The notes under the pieces are model-generated. The model saw nothing but the letters and a program-made list of their open reading frames with translations, made no database searches and was not told the origin of the DNA. 64,000 bases of DNA, from positions 79,794,001 through 79,858,000 of the forward strand of contig CM126221.1 of NCBI GenBank assembly GCA_052327205.1. Reading direction: 5' to 3'. The stretch comes from Somniosus microcephalus (taxonomy: Eukaryota). A program made the position numbers and the translations under genes. Below, one piece after another: positions 33,701-45,705 of the stretch. The number at the start of each line of letters is the position of its first letter. The stretch's first letter is position 1.

Positions 33701-36700
33701 TCCTACTACCCTGTACTGTTCAAAGTAAATTGCAAATGTCATACTTAGTTTTTCAGGTAGAACCGAAGCTTTTCCAACGTCTAGATTGGATCTAAGTTGT
33801 AGTTCTATCACTTAACAACTTTTTTCCGATGTCTTGTTCATACTCTTCATTGCCATTACTCATTTCCCAGCATTGTTAATAATGCCATGTTGATTTATTT
33901 AACTGTATTTGCTATTGAGTCCTAGGGATTTGCTTTGTTAGTGCAGTATTGTGTTTCAACATTTGGGTTTGAAGCCATACATTGAACCAATTTGTATTTT
34001 TTCTCCCTTGTATAGGTCAAAGTGCTGTTTGTAAGGAACCTGGCCAGCTCTGTAACAGAAGAAATACTAGAAAAGACTTTTAGTCAGTTTGGAAAACTGG
34101 AACGGGTGAAAAAGCTGAAAGACTATGCTTTTGTTCATTTTGAGGATCGAGATGCTGCTGTAAAGGTTTGTGCACGTTGAGCTGTACCATCTATTCCAGT
34201 TGACAGTATAACTACATACTTTGGATAGTGGCACAGAGTACCATGTTTGTAGAGATTACCATGATGGTTGCAAGTTTAGTGATAAATGAGATTTTTGCAA
34301 AATCAATTCATTGGCAAGGGTGAAGTTAGTCGGGTAAATTGTCGCTCTAATAAAAACAAAAGCAAAATCCTGCGGATGCTGGCAATCTGAAATAAAAACA
34401 GAAAATGCTGAAAATACTCAGCAGGTCAGGCAGCATCTGTGTGCATCAAAATTAATCATTGGACCATTTTTGTCCAGCGTGTGCCTGTAACCTGTCTGAA
34501 TATTACTTTGTATAGTAACACCATGTTGCTCATTTTCCCGAAACCACAATTTGAGTGAATTAATGTTATTTGAAAATTAAAATATTCGTATTATTTAAAC
34601 AGATTGCAGTATAACTGACAATAAAAAAAATCGGTAACTCTTATTTAAGTTCATTTCACTTTTTAGTCACTGACCTTTCAAAACTGGGCACATTTAGAAC
34701 TGATAGCAAGAAGGAAAATGATAACTTCACCTCCAACTTAGAAGTATTTCTCTAGATGTTAACCAAACTTTTATCATTCTTTCCTTCACAAAACTTCGGT
34801 TCCTTCTGCCTCTCCCTGGCTTCAGGCTGAGACTGTTCGCAACCTTGGTCTCCTATTTGACCACGCGATGTGCTTCCGATCACACATCCGCGCCATCGCG
34901 AAGACCGCCTATTTCCATCTCCGTAACATCACCTGACTCCGCCCCGCCTCAGCTCATCTGCTGCTGAAACCCTCATCCATGCCTTTGTTACCTCTAGACT
35001 TGACTATTCCAACTCACTTCTGGCCGACCTCCCATATTCTACCCTACATAAACTTGAGGTCACCCAAAACACTGCCCGTGTCCTAACTCGCACCAAGTCC
35101 CGTTCACCCATCACCCCTGTGCTTGCTGACCTACACTGGCTCCTGGTTCAGCAACACGTCGATTTTAAAATTCTCATTCTTGTTTTCAAAATCCCTCCAT
35201 GTTCTCGCCCCTCCCTGTCTCTGTAATCTCCTCCAGCCTTCCGAGATCTCTGCGCTCCTCCAATTCTGATCTCTTGAGCATCCCTGATTATAATCGTTCA
35301 ACCATTGGCGGCTCTGCCTTCAGCTGCCGATGCCCTAAGCTCTAGAATTCCCTCCCTAAACCTCTCCGCCTTTCTATCTCCTTTTTAAGATGTTCTTTAA
35401 AACCTACTTCTGCCCTATTATCTCCTTATGTGGCTCGCTGTCAAATTTTGTTTGATGATGCTCCTGTGAAGCACCTTGATGATTTACTACGTAAAAGGCA
35501 CTATATAAATGCAAGCCGTTGATGTGATGCCAATCTGTTTAGCACTTCGCATCCTATCCTATACAATATGCCTACCCCCTCCTCTAGTGTGACATTAACT
35601 TTATCCTCTTGTGAAGAGAGATGCAAAGTACTCATTCAGTATCAGCCATGCCCACTACCTCCACAAGAAGCTTTCCTTCTTTGTCCCTAATTGGTCCTGG
35701 CATTCTTTTAACTATCATTTTGCTTTTTACATGTTTATAAAAAAAATAAAAATGTTGGGTTCACCTTCTTTGCTACTTGCTAATCTTTTCTCGCATTCTC
35801 TCTGCCCATGCTTCGTGTTCCAATTTCCTCCTGCACGCTGTATTTTGTCTGGTTTTCTTCTATGTTTGACTTATTATAAACATCAATAGTAATTATTAGT
35901 AATTGAAATAACTGATGCCCAGTCTGTGTTTTGGCCTCTAGCTCATATTCTAGGAATCATTGGCTCCATTATTGTAAAATTACACCAAGAAAGTCTGTTC
36001 AAGTAAAAGCATGCATTTGGTATATAAAATTATTAACCTGAGCCCTTCCTTTCCTTCTCGATCAACACTTGGTATGGACCTTTTTTCAAATCTTCGGGTA
36101 TTTAAAATCCTGATGGGTTTAAAATACGAACCATTTTTAGTTGATGCCTTCAACCCATTTAAAATCCGAGGCTCTTGGTGACTGAGGGAGGGAGATGTGT
36201 TGGGTCTGGGTGGATGGGCTGAATTGTGTTCCTATTGTGTATCTTGTAATCATGAGTTTTCTTTTTGCACAGGCGATGGATCAAATGAACGGAAGAGAAA
36301 TTGAAGGAGAAGACATTGAAATAGTTCTTGCAAAACCACCAGATAAGAAAAAAAAGGAACGTCAGGCTCAAAGGCAGGCAACAAGAACCCAAGTGTAAGT
36401 TACTTCATATCGCGAAACCGTGCAACTGATGTACGGTTCTTATTTCTTACATCTGTCTAACAAAACTGCTTTCTTTTGTAGGTATGAAGACTATTATTAC
36501 TACCCCCCACCCCGTATGCCACCTCCAATGAGAGGCAGAGTCCGTGGAAGTAGAGGAGGTAGTTATGGCTATCCCCCAGATTATTATGGCTATGAAGATT
36601 ACTATGATGATTACTATGGTTACGATTATCATGATTATCGTGGTGGATATGAAGATCCATACTATGGTTATGATGATGGATACCCAGTCCAGAGAGGAAG

Positions 36701-37091
36701 AGGTGGAAGGGGCGGTCGAGGTGCAATTCCCCCTCCCAGAGGTCGTGGTGTACCCCCACCCCGAGGAAGGGCAGGATATCCTCAACGTGGCGCGCCAATG
36801 GGACCTCCGAGAGGCACTCGGGGTGGCAGAGGAGGCCCACAGCCACCACAAAGAGGACGAGCCCGTGGTGGCAGGGGGAACCGTGGTGGCAATGTCGGAG
36901 GAAAGCGAAAAGCCGATGGGTACAACCAGCCAGATTCCAAGCGACGTCAGACCAACAACCAACAGAACTGGGGCTCCCAACCCATCGCTCAGCAACCTCT
37001 CCAGCAAGGTGGTGATTATTCTGGTAACTATGGTTACAATAATGACAACCAGGAGTTTTATCAGGATACTTATGGGCAGCAATGGAAGTAA
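24751..37091 (+). CDS. HNRNPR: Heterogeneous nuclear ribonucleoprotein R (acidic N-domain, 3 RRMs, RGG/Tyr-rich tail), 10 coding exons, 633 aa
   Basis: Coding exons 24751-24910, 26585-26703, 27018-27125, 28332-28445, 30192-30368, 30607-30742, 33127-33332, 34016-34165, 36273-36394, 36482-37091, all GT-AG and in phase (1902 nt). [23 protein letters not shown]...[11 protein letters not shown]...[16 protein letters not shown]...[17 protein letters not shown]; these residues fit hnRNP R better than its paralog SYNCRIP. Confidence 0.96.
25123..25385. mobile_element. Candidate non-autonomous DNA transposon (MITE, hAT-like ends)
   Basis: Perfect 16-bp TIR GTAGGGCTCAAAATTA (25123-25138) / TAATTTTGAGCCCTAC (25370-25385); no clear TSD. 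Confidence 0.55.
31001..31357 (+). mobile_element. Deu-domain SINE (SacSINE1-like) with L2-type tail
   Basis: gagggagtgctgcactgtcgg...cggatgagacgttaaaccgagg...ccaatatttatccctcaaccaacatc...gctatataaattcaag. Confidence 0.75.
34352..34442 (-). mobile_element. Partial Penelope-type terminal repeat
   Basis: aaagcaaaatcctgcggatgctgg...actcagcaggtcaggcagcatctgtg matches the arms at 23.5 and 48.4 kb. Confidence 0.65.
34810..35515 (+). mobile_element. L2-group LINE 3' fragment
   Basis: gttcgcaaccttgg...ctcatccatgcctttgttacctctagacttgactattccaac ([14 protein letters not shown]), ends ctatataaatgcaag. Confidence 0.85.
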
Positions 37092-37747
37092 ACAAGTGGG
37101 GGTTTCTGTGAGATTGTTGAGACCCGATTGGCTAAACTCTGCAACCTTCAAATCTGATTGGCTTAACTCTACATCCTTCAGTACAGATTGGCTGCCACAT
37201 GCATTTTGCTGACATCAAGAATCACTATTGTATATACCAGATTTTTTTTTCATAAATGCACTTGGACATTTCTGGCTTACATTTTCCCTTAACAATTCTT
37301 TGGGGGAAAGATGCTTTTTATTTTGTTTTTAAGCTACTTTTTTAGCAGTTTGAAAGGAAACTTTGGACTTTGCTTTCAGATGTTGGGCACAATTTTCAAT
37401 CATGGTTTTGCAAAATTGACTGGTATTGGACAGTGTCACTGGTTTGTGGCTTTGGGATTAGACTGCCATTGGAGTATGCTGTATATACAGTAAATGCTAG
37501 TGTTTTGTCTTAGTAGTTTTAAGATGGGCTTGCAGTTTAAAACCATTTTTAAGTTTTCTTGTACTGAAAGTAACATTTAACTGTTTTGCATTTGTAGAGT
37601 AGGTAAATTGTGTTTTTAAAAAAAAATGTTAGCTTCACATCTTTAAGAATCTGCCCTACAAAATTTGGTTTGGCTTAATCGTACAACCCGTGGCGTTTTG
37701 TTCATTGATGTGATTGTATTTACAATTTATTGTTCATGTCAAATTTC

Positions 37748-37753
37748 AATAAA
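37748..37753 (+). terminator. Probable proximal polyadenylation signal of HNRNPR
   Basis: First AATAAA that I found, about 660 nt into a U-rich 3' UTR. Confidence 0.6.
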
Positions 37754-39499
37754 ACTTAAAACTATATTATCCAAAAATTCATGATTCAAATTCAATTGTG
37801 TCCTGAAAATTTGATTAGAAATGTGATTACCTTCAAACCAACAGCTTTCCCCCAAAAAACTGCTGATGTGAGTGATCAAATTAATAGTTTGACTTTCTAT
37901 AGCCTTGTTTTTCACTAAGGAAAGAGGGTTGAAAGTGTGGAGTTTGTAGAATAGAAAGTCTTTCCATTAGTTGTGCAGTTTGGAATAAGTCTGGTTAATA
38001 GTTTAACACTTTTAAAGCATGTTACTTTTTAAGGTTTCAGACACTGTTCATTAGTTTGAATGTAGTGACAAACTCTTTTTTTCCTACACTTTACAATTGC
38101 AGAATTTATGATGTAATTTACTTAGTCACTTGATGGCTATTGATGGTCTCATGACGGGTGTCTTGCCATCTCTGCCATTTCTTCAAAACGAAAGTAACAT
38201 TGTGATCAACCTATTTTCCCCACAGATTTTTCAAAATGCATTTTTTTGCTATTAAGAGCTGATGACCTAATGGTGAATACCCCTAGAGTTACTGTACCCA
38301 ACTATATTAGATGAGCTTAATTAGCAAGGAGTTGAAATGATTGCTGCCTTGCCTGCTTCTTAACTCGTAAAGGGCGAGTAGCTGAACCACAGGCTTCACC
38401 GTCCAGTTTGTGCTGACGCAGCCAGGAAGGTGCTACAGTTAGCCTCAGCACCCCTGAGTGAGGGAGCTCGGTCACGGTTCTAGCTCTTGACTGTCATCCA
38501 GCATCACTTACTGGAAATGTTTGCGAGCGCAAGTCTGGTGAGGATAGGATCAGATTTGGCTGTTATGTCCCTTACAGTTGAAGTGCCTGCTAAAACTCAC
38601 CAGCTAGGCTCGAGAGCGGCCACTTTGCTGAGGGACTGTAAAAACATCCAAAGGGCTGTATCCCAGGAAACTTTGATGCTTTCAGAAGAGGAGGGAGAGG
38701 TGGAAGCTGGCAGGGGAAAAAATCACTGATGCAGTGTCTAGGATGGTTATTTCAACTCCGTTATGCAATTTAGCTTGGCATGCCAATTCGTCTCGAGACT
38801 TAATTATTTAAACAAATATCCCAAAAAAATAGCCAGTCTTGAGCAAATCCGCTTTTATTTTAAAGAGAATAATAGGAATTGCTTCTTAAACCAAATCAGT
38901 TTTGATTGTTCCACGCAAGCTTCCAAAGTACAAATCCACAACATAAAATTACCTTCAAATGCAATGCTAGACTTCTAAAGGAGTGTGAAATTGAGATTTA
39001 CCTTATCCAAGAGAGTCGGCATTGTATCCAAACACCTGATTTCAGAGCTTCATTTTGCCAAGTATTTGAACAAGCCCCAGCAAATCGTGTTTGCTTTGAA
39101 AGCGGAATAGTTTATGCTGGAAGGGATATGAAGGATGCTGAGATGCAAGACATCTTAAAATTGTGACACAAATTTCCTAGAATTCTTTTTCCAAGATTTC
39201 TCCTGGGAGTTGTGCCATGATCACATTGAAGCGAATGCACTGACATGGTTACCACAACTTTATCCCTTCTAAGACTGAGGCCAAAATGAATTTTCGCAGT
39301 TGTACTACCGTTTCTGATTTTAGTTGTTAATTATGCCACAATTTTGGTTATGAATGGAAAATACATTGCATATATTCCTGTATAAAGCTAGAAGTTTGAG
39401 TTAGTGGGTTAAGAGAACCGAGAACATGTCTTTCTGTGTACCACTGATGTTGAGATTTTGTGTGGCTTTGTGATGTCAGCCCTTGATGGTCATCTTCTA

Positions 39500-39985
39500 T
39501 ATTGGTCACCATGTAGGAAAGATGTGATTGCACGAGAGAGGGTAGAGAGGAGATTTACAAGGACGTTGCCAGGACTGGAGAATTTTAGCTATGAGGAAAG
39601 ACTGGATAGGCTGGGTTTGTTTTCTTTGGGACAGAGGGGAGACTTGTGTATAAAATTATGAGGGGCCTAGATAGAGTGGATAGGAAGGAGCTATTTCCCT
39701 GAGCAGGGAGGTCAATAACCAGGGGGCATAGATTTAAAGTAATTGGTAGAAGGATTAGAGGGGAGTTGAGGAGAACTATCTTCACCCAGTGGGTGGTGGG
39801 GGTCTGGAACTCACTGCCTGAAAGGGTGGTAGAGGCAGAAACCCTCATCGCATTTAAATGAGGATATGCACGTGAAGTGCCGTAACCTACAAGGCTACAG
39901 ACGAAGGACTGTAAAGTGGGATCAGGCAGATAGCTCTTTTTTGGCCGGCACAGACATGATGGGTCGAATGGCCTCCTCCTGTCGT
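39500..39985 (+). mobile_element. CR1 3' fragment
   Basis: ERVERRFTRTLPGLENFSYEERLDRLGLFSL; ttctatgattctatg tail. Confidence 0.85.
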
Positions 39986-41711
39986 AAATTTCTATGATTC
40001 TATGTACGTGAATATATACGGTAATTTATTTTCAATGGGGGAAATGTTTTTAATTGGCCCCGCCACTCTGACTTTGAGAGAAATTGTATAGTTTGTCGCC
40101 TAATTGCTATTTTTGTCAGTTGTCAGTTTTATTTGGGAGCCACTGCTTGAAAAAGGATTAGTACAGCTACTGATATTCTAAATCTAACCCAATGCCCTGG
40201 CTGTTTTAGAGAAAGTGGAAGATTTGTGAGGAATCAATTAGATTGAAGTTTATTAAATATAGGTTTTAAATGCTATGGTTTTTGTCCCCTTTGCTGTTGA
40301 ATCGCAGGAGCTCTGACATGGTATAATGCTATTATCACCCAGTCTCATTCCAGCATTGTTGTTTGCATTCAGTGTTGAAAGAAGTACTGTACTTAACACC
40401 AGCTTCATATTTATCCAGGAATTTTATTGACATGTTGTTTTCAATATTGGTTTTTGGTTTAAATTACATTGGACTATTTCTGAAAAGCTCCCTTTGGGGT
40501 TGCTATGGGCCTATCCTGAAGATCTCCAAGTGCTTGTAGTTTCCAGAAGTAAATTGATGTATTTCTGATGCTAAAATCTTGTTGGCTTTGCAAGTGTTAG
40601 ATTTGACATTGTCCATAATTTGTGACTTTCAAACTGAATGTTAGTATAAACCAGGAATGTGGTTTGCTCATGTTTTGAGTTAGATTATCCAAGTGACATG
40701 CTCATTCTCTCATATTTTCATGTATATTTGAGGCACAGTTGACCATGAATGTAATATTTCTACTTAATTGATTTTCAAGATGTTGGGCAAGTCTGTACAG
40801 AGGGACCAAGTCAACTTGTCTTCATTGAGGTTATTAAGGGCACTCAATGCCTGTAATAGCCTCTGTTAAGATTGATGAAAAATGAATTTGTTTACTGTAA
40901 TGAAGGGTTTGAATACCAAGGGGCAGAAGTTTGGAATTGAAAATTAAGATGGGAAGTTGGACAGAACCTGATGCAGAGGACAGCAGACATGGAATAAGTT
41001 ACCAGGAAAAGAGCGTTGAAGATTATAAATGTGTGTAAGTTAGGGGGTAGTTGAGGTTGATCTATCAAAGGATGAACTCGCTAAATCCAGTAACCTTTTT
41101 CTGGTTTTCCGATGTTCTTAAACACTGACAAACACTTCTCCTGAAGGCTAGGAGAACTTTTAATATGTTCATACCTGTTTTAAAATAGTTTTAGGAGATA
41201 GCTTGTTTTTAAAATCTTACTACAGTATAAATAAAGGTTATTGGTGTTCCTTGGGAATTGCCACAGATTAATTTTTCTTAGTGTTGCCTCATGGTGAACG
41301 TAAAGCTGAAAATATGTGCCACTAAAAAGGAGCCTGTGGTAGATACTTGCAACAAGAATACTGAGCCAGTAGTTGAGGAAACTCCTGCTCTGATGCACTT
41401 GCCACAGGATGTTTCTTCACGAAAATATGTTGACACTTTCTCCTTTCTGAAAGTTTCCATTTAGTTAGTTTTTAATCCCTCCAGGAAAGCGATTGAAGAT
41501 CAGTGCTTTCTGAAAAAGTAAACGGCTAAAGATAGTTCGTTTGTCTGTGGCATTGATTTTAATTTTCTAATCCCTATAAATATAACTTACGGTGTGAATG
41601 TGAAGTAGGTAAATGTTTTGACATTTGCACTTCAGATTTGAATGAAAGAAAAAAATACCTTTACGCAAATATTTGGAGAACAAACCGCTTCAGTTCTGCC
41701 AGTGCAATTCA

Positions 41712-42010
41712 CACTCCATCTCGAGCCATCCTTTGTTTCTTAACCTGTCCCATTACCATCTCCTCTCGCCTTGAATATCTCTTAATGCCTCTTCTCCTGC
41801 CTTCCACCCTATCACAGACCTTCCCTTTTGTTCTTTCATCCCCTCCCCCTTTCCCAGCCCCTAAACTTGCTTTAAAATCTGTTCCATTTCCTGCTTTTTT
41901 TTTTCCAGTTCTGACGAAAGGTCTTCGACCTGAAACGTTAACTCTGTTTCTCTCTCCACGGATGCTGCCTGGCCTGCTGAGTTTTTCCCAGCGTTTTCTG
42001 TTGTTTCAGT
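41712..42010 (+). mobile_element. Penelope-type 3' terminal region containing a minimal hammerhead ribozyme motif (41907-41943)
   Basis: Pyrimidine-rich stretch, then AGTT-CTGACGA-A-AGGTC-TTC-GACCT-GAAA-CG-TT-AACT, then the shared arm ctctctccacggatgctgcctggcctgctgag. Confidence 0.7.
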
Positions 42011-44582
42011 TCTGCTGTTAGACATCTACTGTCTGGTCTCCTGTTAACTATAATAATTGGTTCAGATGGTGCCACCAAGTGCAAAAGTCAAGCCATTTGT
42101 TGCATCACCTGAACCCCATGACATCTACAGGTGCCTTGAACAGCGACTTTATTCCAAACTTGTGCGGAATCATAAGACTTAATTGAAGGGCGTTTGTGTT
42201 TCTAAAGCAAAACTAGATTGCCTACAATGTTACGTAATTCAAGTTAAATGAACATTTGGGCAATAAAGAGACAGTATGTTGTTTCTGTGTGCTATAACCT
42301 GGATGTTGGGGTGTTGATTCGTATTTACAATTTGGCAGCTGATGACTCTTTAAGCAATCTTTAATTTTTTTTTCTGTTGTACAAATAAAAGTACAAAAGA
42401 AATGCAATTTTCTTCCTAAACGTCTGACATGTATTAAGAACTGTAAACTCCACCTCCTTCACAACAAACAGGAATAAAAAGATAAATATTGAAACAAATG
42501 GAGAAGTAATGAGCTGTTGCTCAGCTCGGACCCTCCTTCTCCCTCTAGATCCTTCACAAAATGAGACTCTTCCCTTCCCATTGACTATCTGTAAACACAG
42601 ACCCAAGTGTGTTTATCCCCATCATGCCTCAGAGGCACACAATGGTTCCTCACAAGAAGGCAGGGACAGTCAAAGTGCTCGTCACCCTGAATTACACCTG
42701 GTTCCAGAGTGAGTTTTGTAGAGGGCCGTTAACAAATCCCTCAGCCAGGAATGGTGCGGGGGGCAGGGAAAGCGTTGAAAATTTGAGTTAGTGGGGAAAT
42801 GACTAAAAGAAATGAGTGGAAGAATATAGTAAAAACCAAAAAGCTTAAATTACTGACATTCATTCCTGAGCTAAAACCATGAGACTAATTGCTATATTAA
42901 CCAGGCCCTCAATTAGCTCCCTATAAAAGTTGATTGAGATGTTTGAATCCTATCATTGTTGGACCAGTAAATGTGTAAATTCTCCATTAAAGATAGCAAA
43001 TATCGCAAGAAGTACCCAAGCTCTGTCATTTGAGTAATTATAATTTTTTTTAAATCTTGGCATTAGTAAAATTAAACAGTCCTACACTGCAACAGAAGAA
43101 TTTTGTATTTGTACTTTTTTCCTCTATTGAATGTGCAATGTTTAGTGAGCTGCGCATAACTCAAATGGTGCAAGTAATCTTCGCTAAAAATGTCTAAACA
43201 GAGGCTTTGTGTGTTTCCAGGCTGTTTCACTTCAGAATTGGATTGCAAGTCTTGTGTTTTTCACCTTTTTTATAATGTAGTCTCCTGGTTGCAGCAGGCT
43301 TGTTATGGTACCGAGCCACAGCGGTCTGTGCTAAATTAACTCCGCTCTACAGGGTGATGATGGGGAATCTAAAATTGAAAATGGTCTCCTCGGGGGTGGG
43401 GAGGTTTGATCCGCATTTCTAATTGCTACCCAGTAACCGCTGCTGGAAAACTCGAGCAGTCGGGTAAGGTGAAGATCTGTGCTGTGCTCTATACTCCGAA
43501 TAGCCTGCTACACTCAATGCCAGGCTAACTCATAAAGAATGACTACTTCAGTAAAGTATTGCAGGGCTCAGAGCACCTGTGGAGCAATATCCTAGCACGA
43601 GTCACCATCTTCAGGAGTGGGGGAAACTCTTCGCATACTCTCTGTCCTTTACTTAATCCTATGGTCTGAATAATTTAAGTTGTAATTTTGCATTGTGCTT
43701 CATGCATTCATTTCAGACTATGGATGTTTGGAATGCTAAATATAGGTAGCTATAAATAAGGTTAACAAGTGATTGTCGGTGTAGCTGTACAAGAAATACT
43801 AGAGTGGAATTGATTTGTTTCAAACTTGCTGAATCATTAAGATGAGCTTTACTGAATTCATAAATCAGTGAAACTGAAAATATATTAGAATGAATGAATC
43901 ATTTTGATGATTCATCCATCCCCCAATAAAATATTTGGGCTTTCATATTGATATGCATAATTTTTCAATTACAAATATTTGAAAGCTGGCTTGCAATCAA
44001 ATTAATGATTTGAGATTTTTTAAAAAATTATATAGCTTCCAATATTTTAACTGGTCAGTTACTAAAATAAGCCAAGCTTGGACTGTTTAATTGTTAGTCT
44101 GAGCATAGAACAAGTTTGTTCTTTCTGCTTAACTACTTTCATGAAGCTAAACAGTCTTGCACTGTCTAATATTTCATGCTGGAACAAGCTAAGTTGACAA
44201 ATATTTTAGAACTAGTTTATCTTCTGTGGCAACTAGTTAATACTTCATGTAATTTAACTTTTATGCTCTTGATTCGGGGGGGGGGGGGGGGTGGTGGGGG
44301 GAAGGTTAACCCTTGCCATGTTTACTGAAACCTCTTCCATGTTTGACATGTAATGTGCCTCAATAGTTGGTGCTGTATCTGCAAAACAATCGTACCTGTC
44401 TGTGTTTTGGGATTTATATTGGTCAGAAACTTACCTTTAAAGCCAGTTCTCCACTAATGAAACACCTAGTTTTCTAAAAGTTGCTACCACACTTTTTTAA
44501 AAAGCAATCGGAGGCATAAGGAAGTGGGGAAAAGTGGGAGTTTTTTTTGGAAAAAGTCAAATAAAGCATAAAGATTAAGTAG

Positions 44583-45705
44583 AACATAACCTAAATAGGA
44601 GCAGGAGTCGGCCATTCGGCCCCTTGAGCCTGCTCCGCCATTCAATAAGATCATGGCTGATCTTCTACCTCACCTCCACATTCCTGCACTATCCCCAAAT
44701 CCCTTGATTCCATGAATATCCAAAGATCTATCGGTCTCTCTTGAATATACTCCACAGCCTTCTGGGGTAGAGAATTCCAAAGATTCATCACCCTCTGAGT
44801 GAAGAAATGTCTCCTCATCTCAGTCCTAAATGGCCGACCCCTTATTCTGAGACTGACCCCTGGTTCTAGACTCCCCAGCCAGGGGAAACATCCTCCCTGC
44901 ATCTACCCTGTAAGAATTTTGTATGTTTCAATGAGATCACCTCTCATTCTTCTAAACTCTAGAGAATATAGGCCAAGTCTGTCTACTCAATCTCTCCTCA
45001 ATGGACAATCCCCCCATCCCAGGAACCAGTCTATGGCAAGTGTATCCTTCCTGAGGTAAGGAGATCAAAACTCTCCACAATACTCCAGGTGTGGTCTCAC
45101 CAGGGCCCTATATAATTGCAATAAAACGTCTTTACTCTTATACTCAAATCCTCTTGTAATAAAGGCCAACATACCATTTGCTTTCCTAATTGCTTGCTGT
45201 ACCTGCATGTTAACTTTCAGTGATTCGTGTACAAGGACACCCAGGTCCCTCTGAACACCAACATTTCCCAATCTCCATTTAAAAAATCACACTGCTTTTC
45301 TGTTTTTCCTACTAAAGTAGATAACTTCACCTGTCTCCAAATTATATTCCATTTGCTATGTTCTTGCCCACTCACTTAGCCTGTTTATATCCCCTTGATG
45401 AAGACTCTTTGCATCCTCCTCACAACTTACATTCCCACCCAGCTTTGTATCATCAGCAAACTTGGATATATTACATTTGGTCCCCTCATCCAAATCATTG
45501 TAGATTGTGAATAGCTGAGACCCAAGCACTGGTCCTTGCGGTAACCAAGCACTGGTCCTTGCGGTAACCAAGCACTGGTCCTTGCGGTAACCAAGCACTG
45601 GTCCTTGCGGTAACCAAGCACTGGTCCTTGCGGTAACCAAGCACTGGTCCTTGCGGTAACCAAGCACTGGTCCTTGCGGTAACCCACTAGTTACAGCCAG
45701 CCAAC
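44583..45705 (-). mobile_element. CR1 RT and 3' UTR fragment
   Basis: ORFs 45356..45781 (FTIYNDLD...ISKFADDTKLGG) and 45065..45271. Confidence 0.88.
45522..45682. repeat. Perfect 23-bp minisatellite, 7 copies
   Basis: ccaagcactggtccttgcggtaa x7, contiguous, no spacers. Confidence 0.95.

Noticed and set aside
36447-37212. Antisense and alternative-frame ORFs over 200 aa in the HNRNPR last exon
   Set aside because: By-products of repetitive Tyr/Asp/Gly/Arg codon usage; no recognisable protein features
44276-44301. Poly-G run / G-quadruplex
   Set aside because: Simple homopolymer with no functional context; its length may be a sequencing error
45522-45682. CRISPR-like array of 23-bp repeats
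   Set aside because: The repeats are contiguous with no spacers, derive from CR1 RT sequence, and lie in vertebrate DNA with no cas genes
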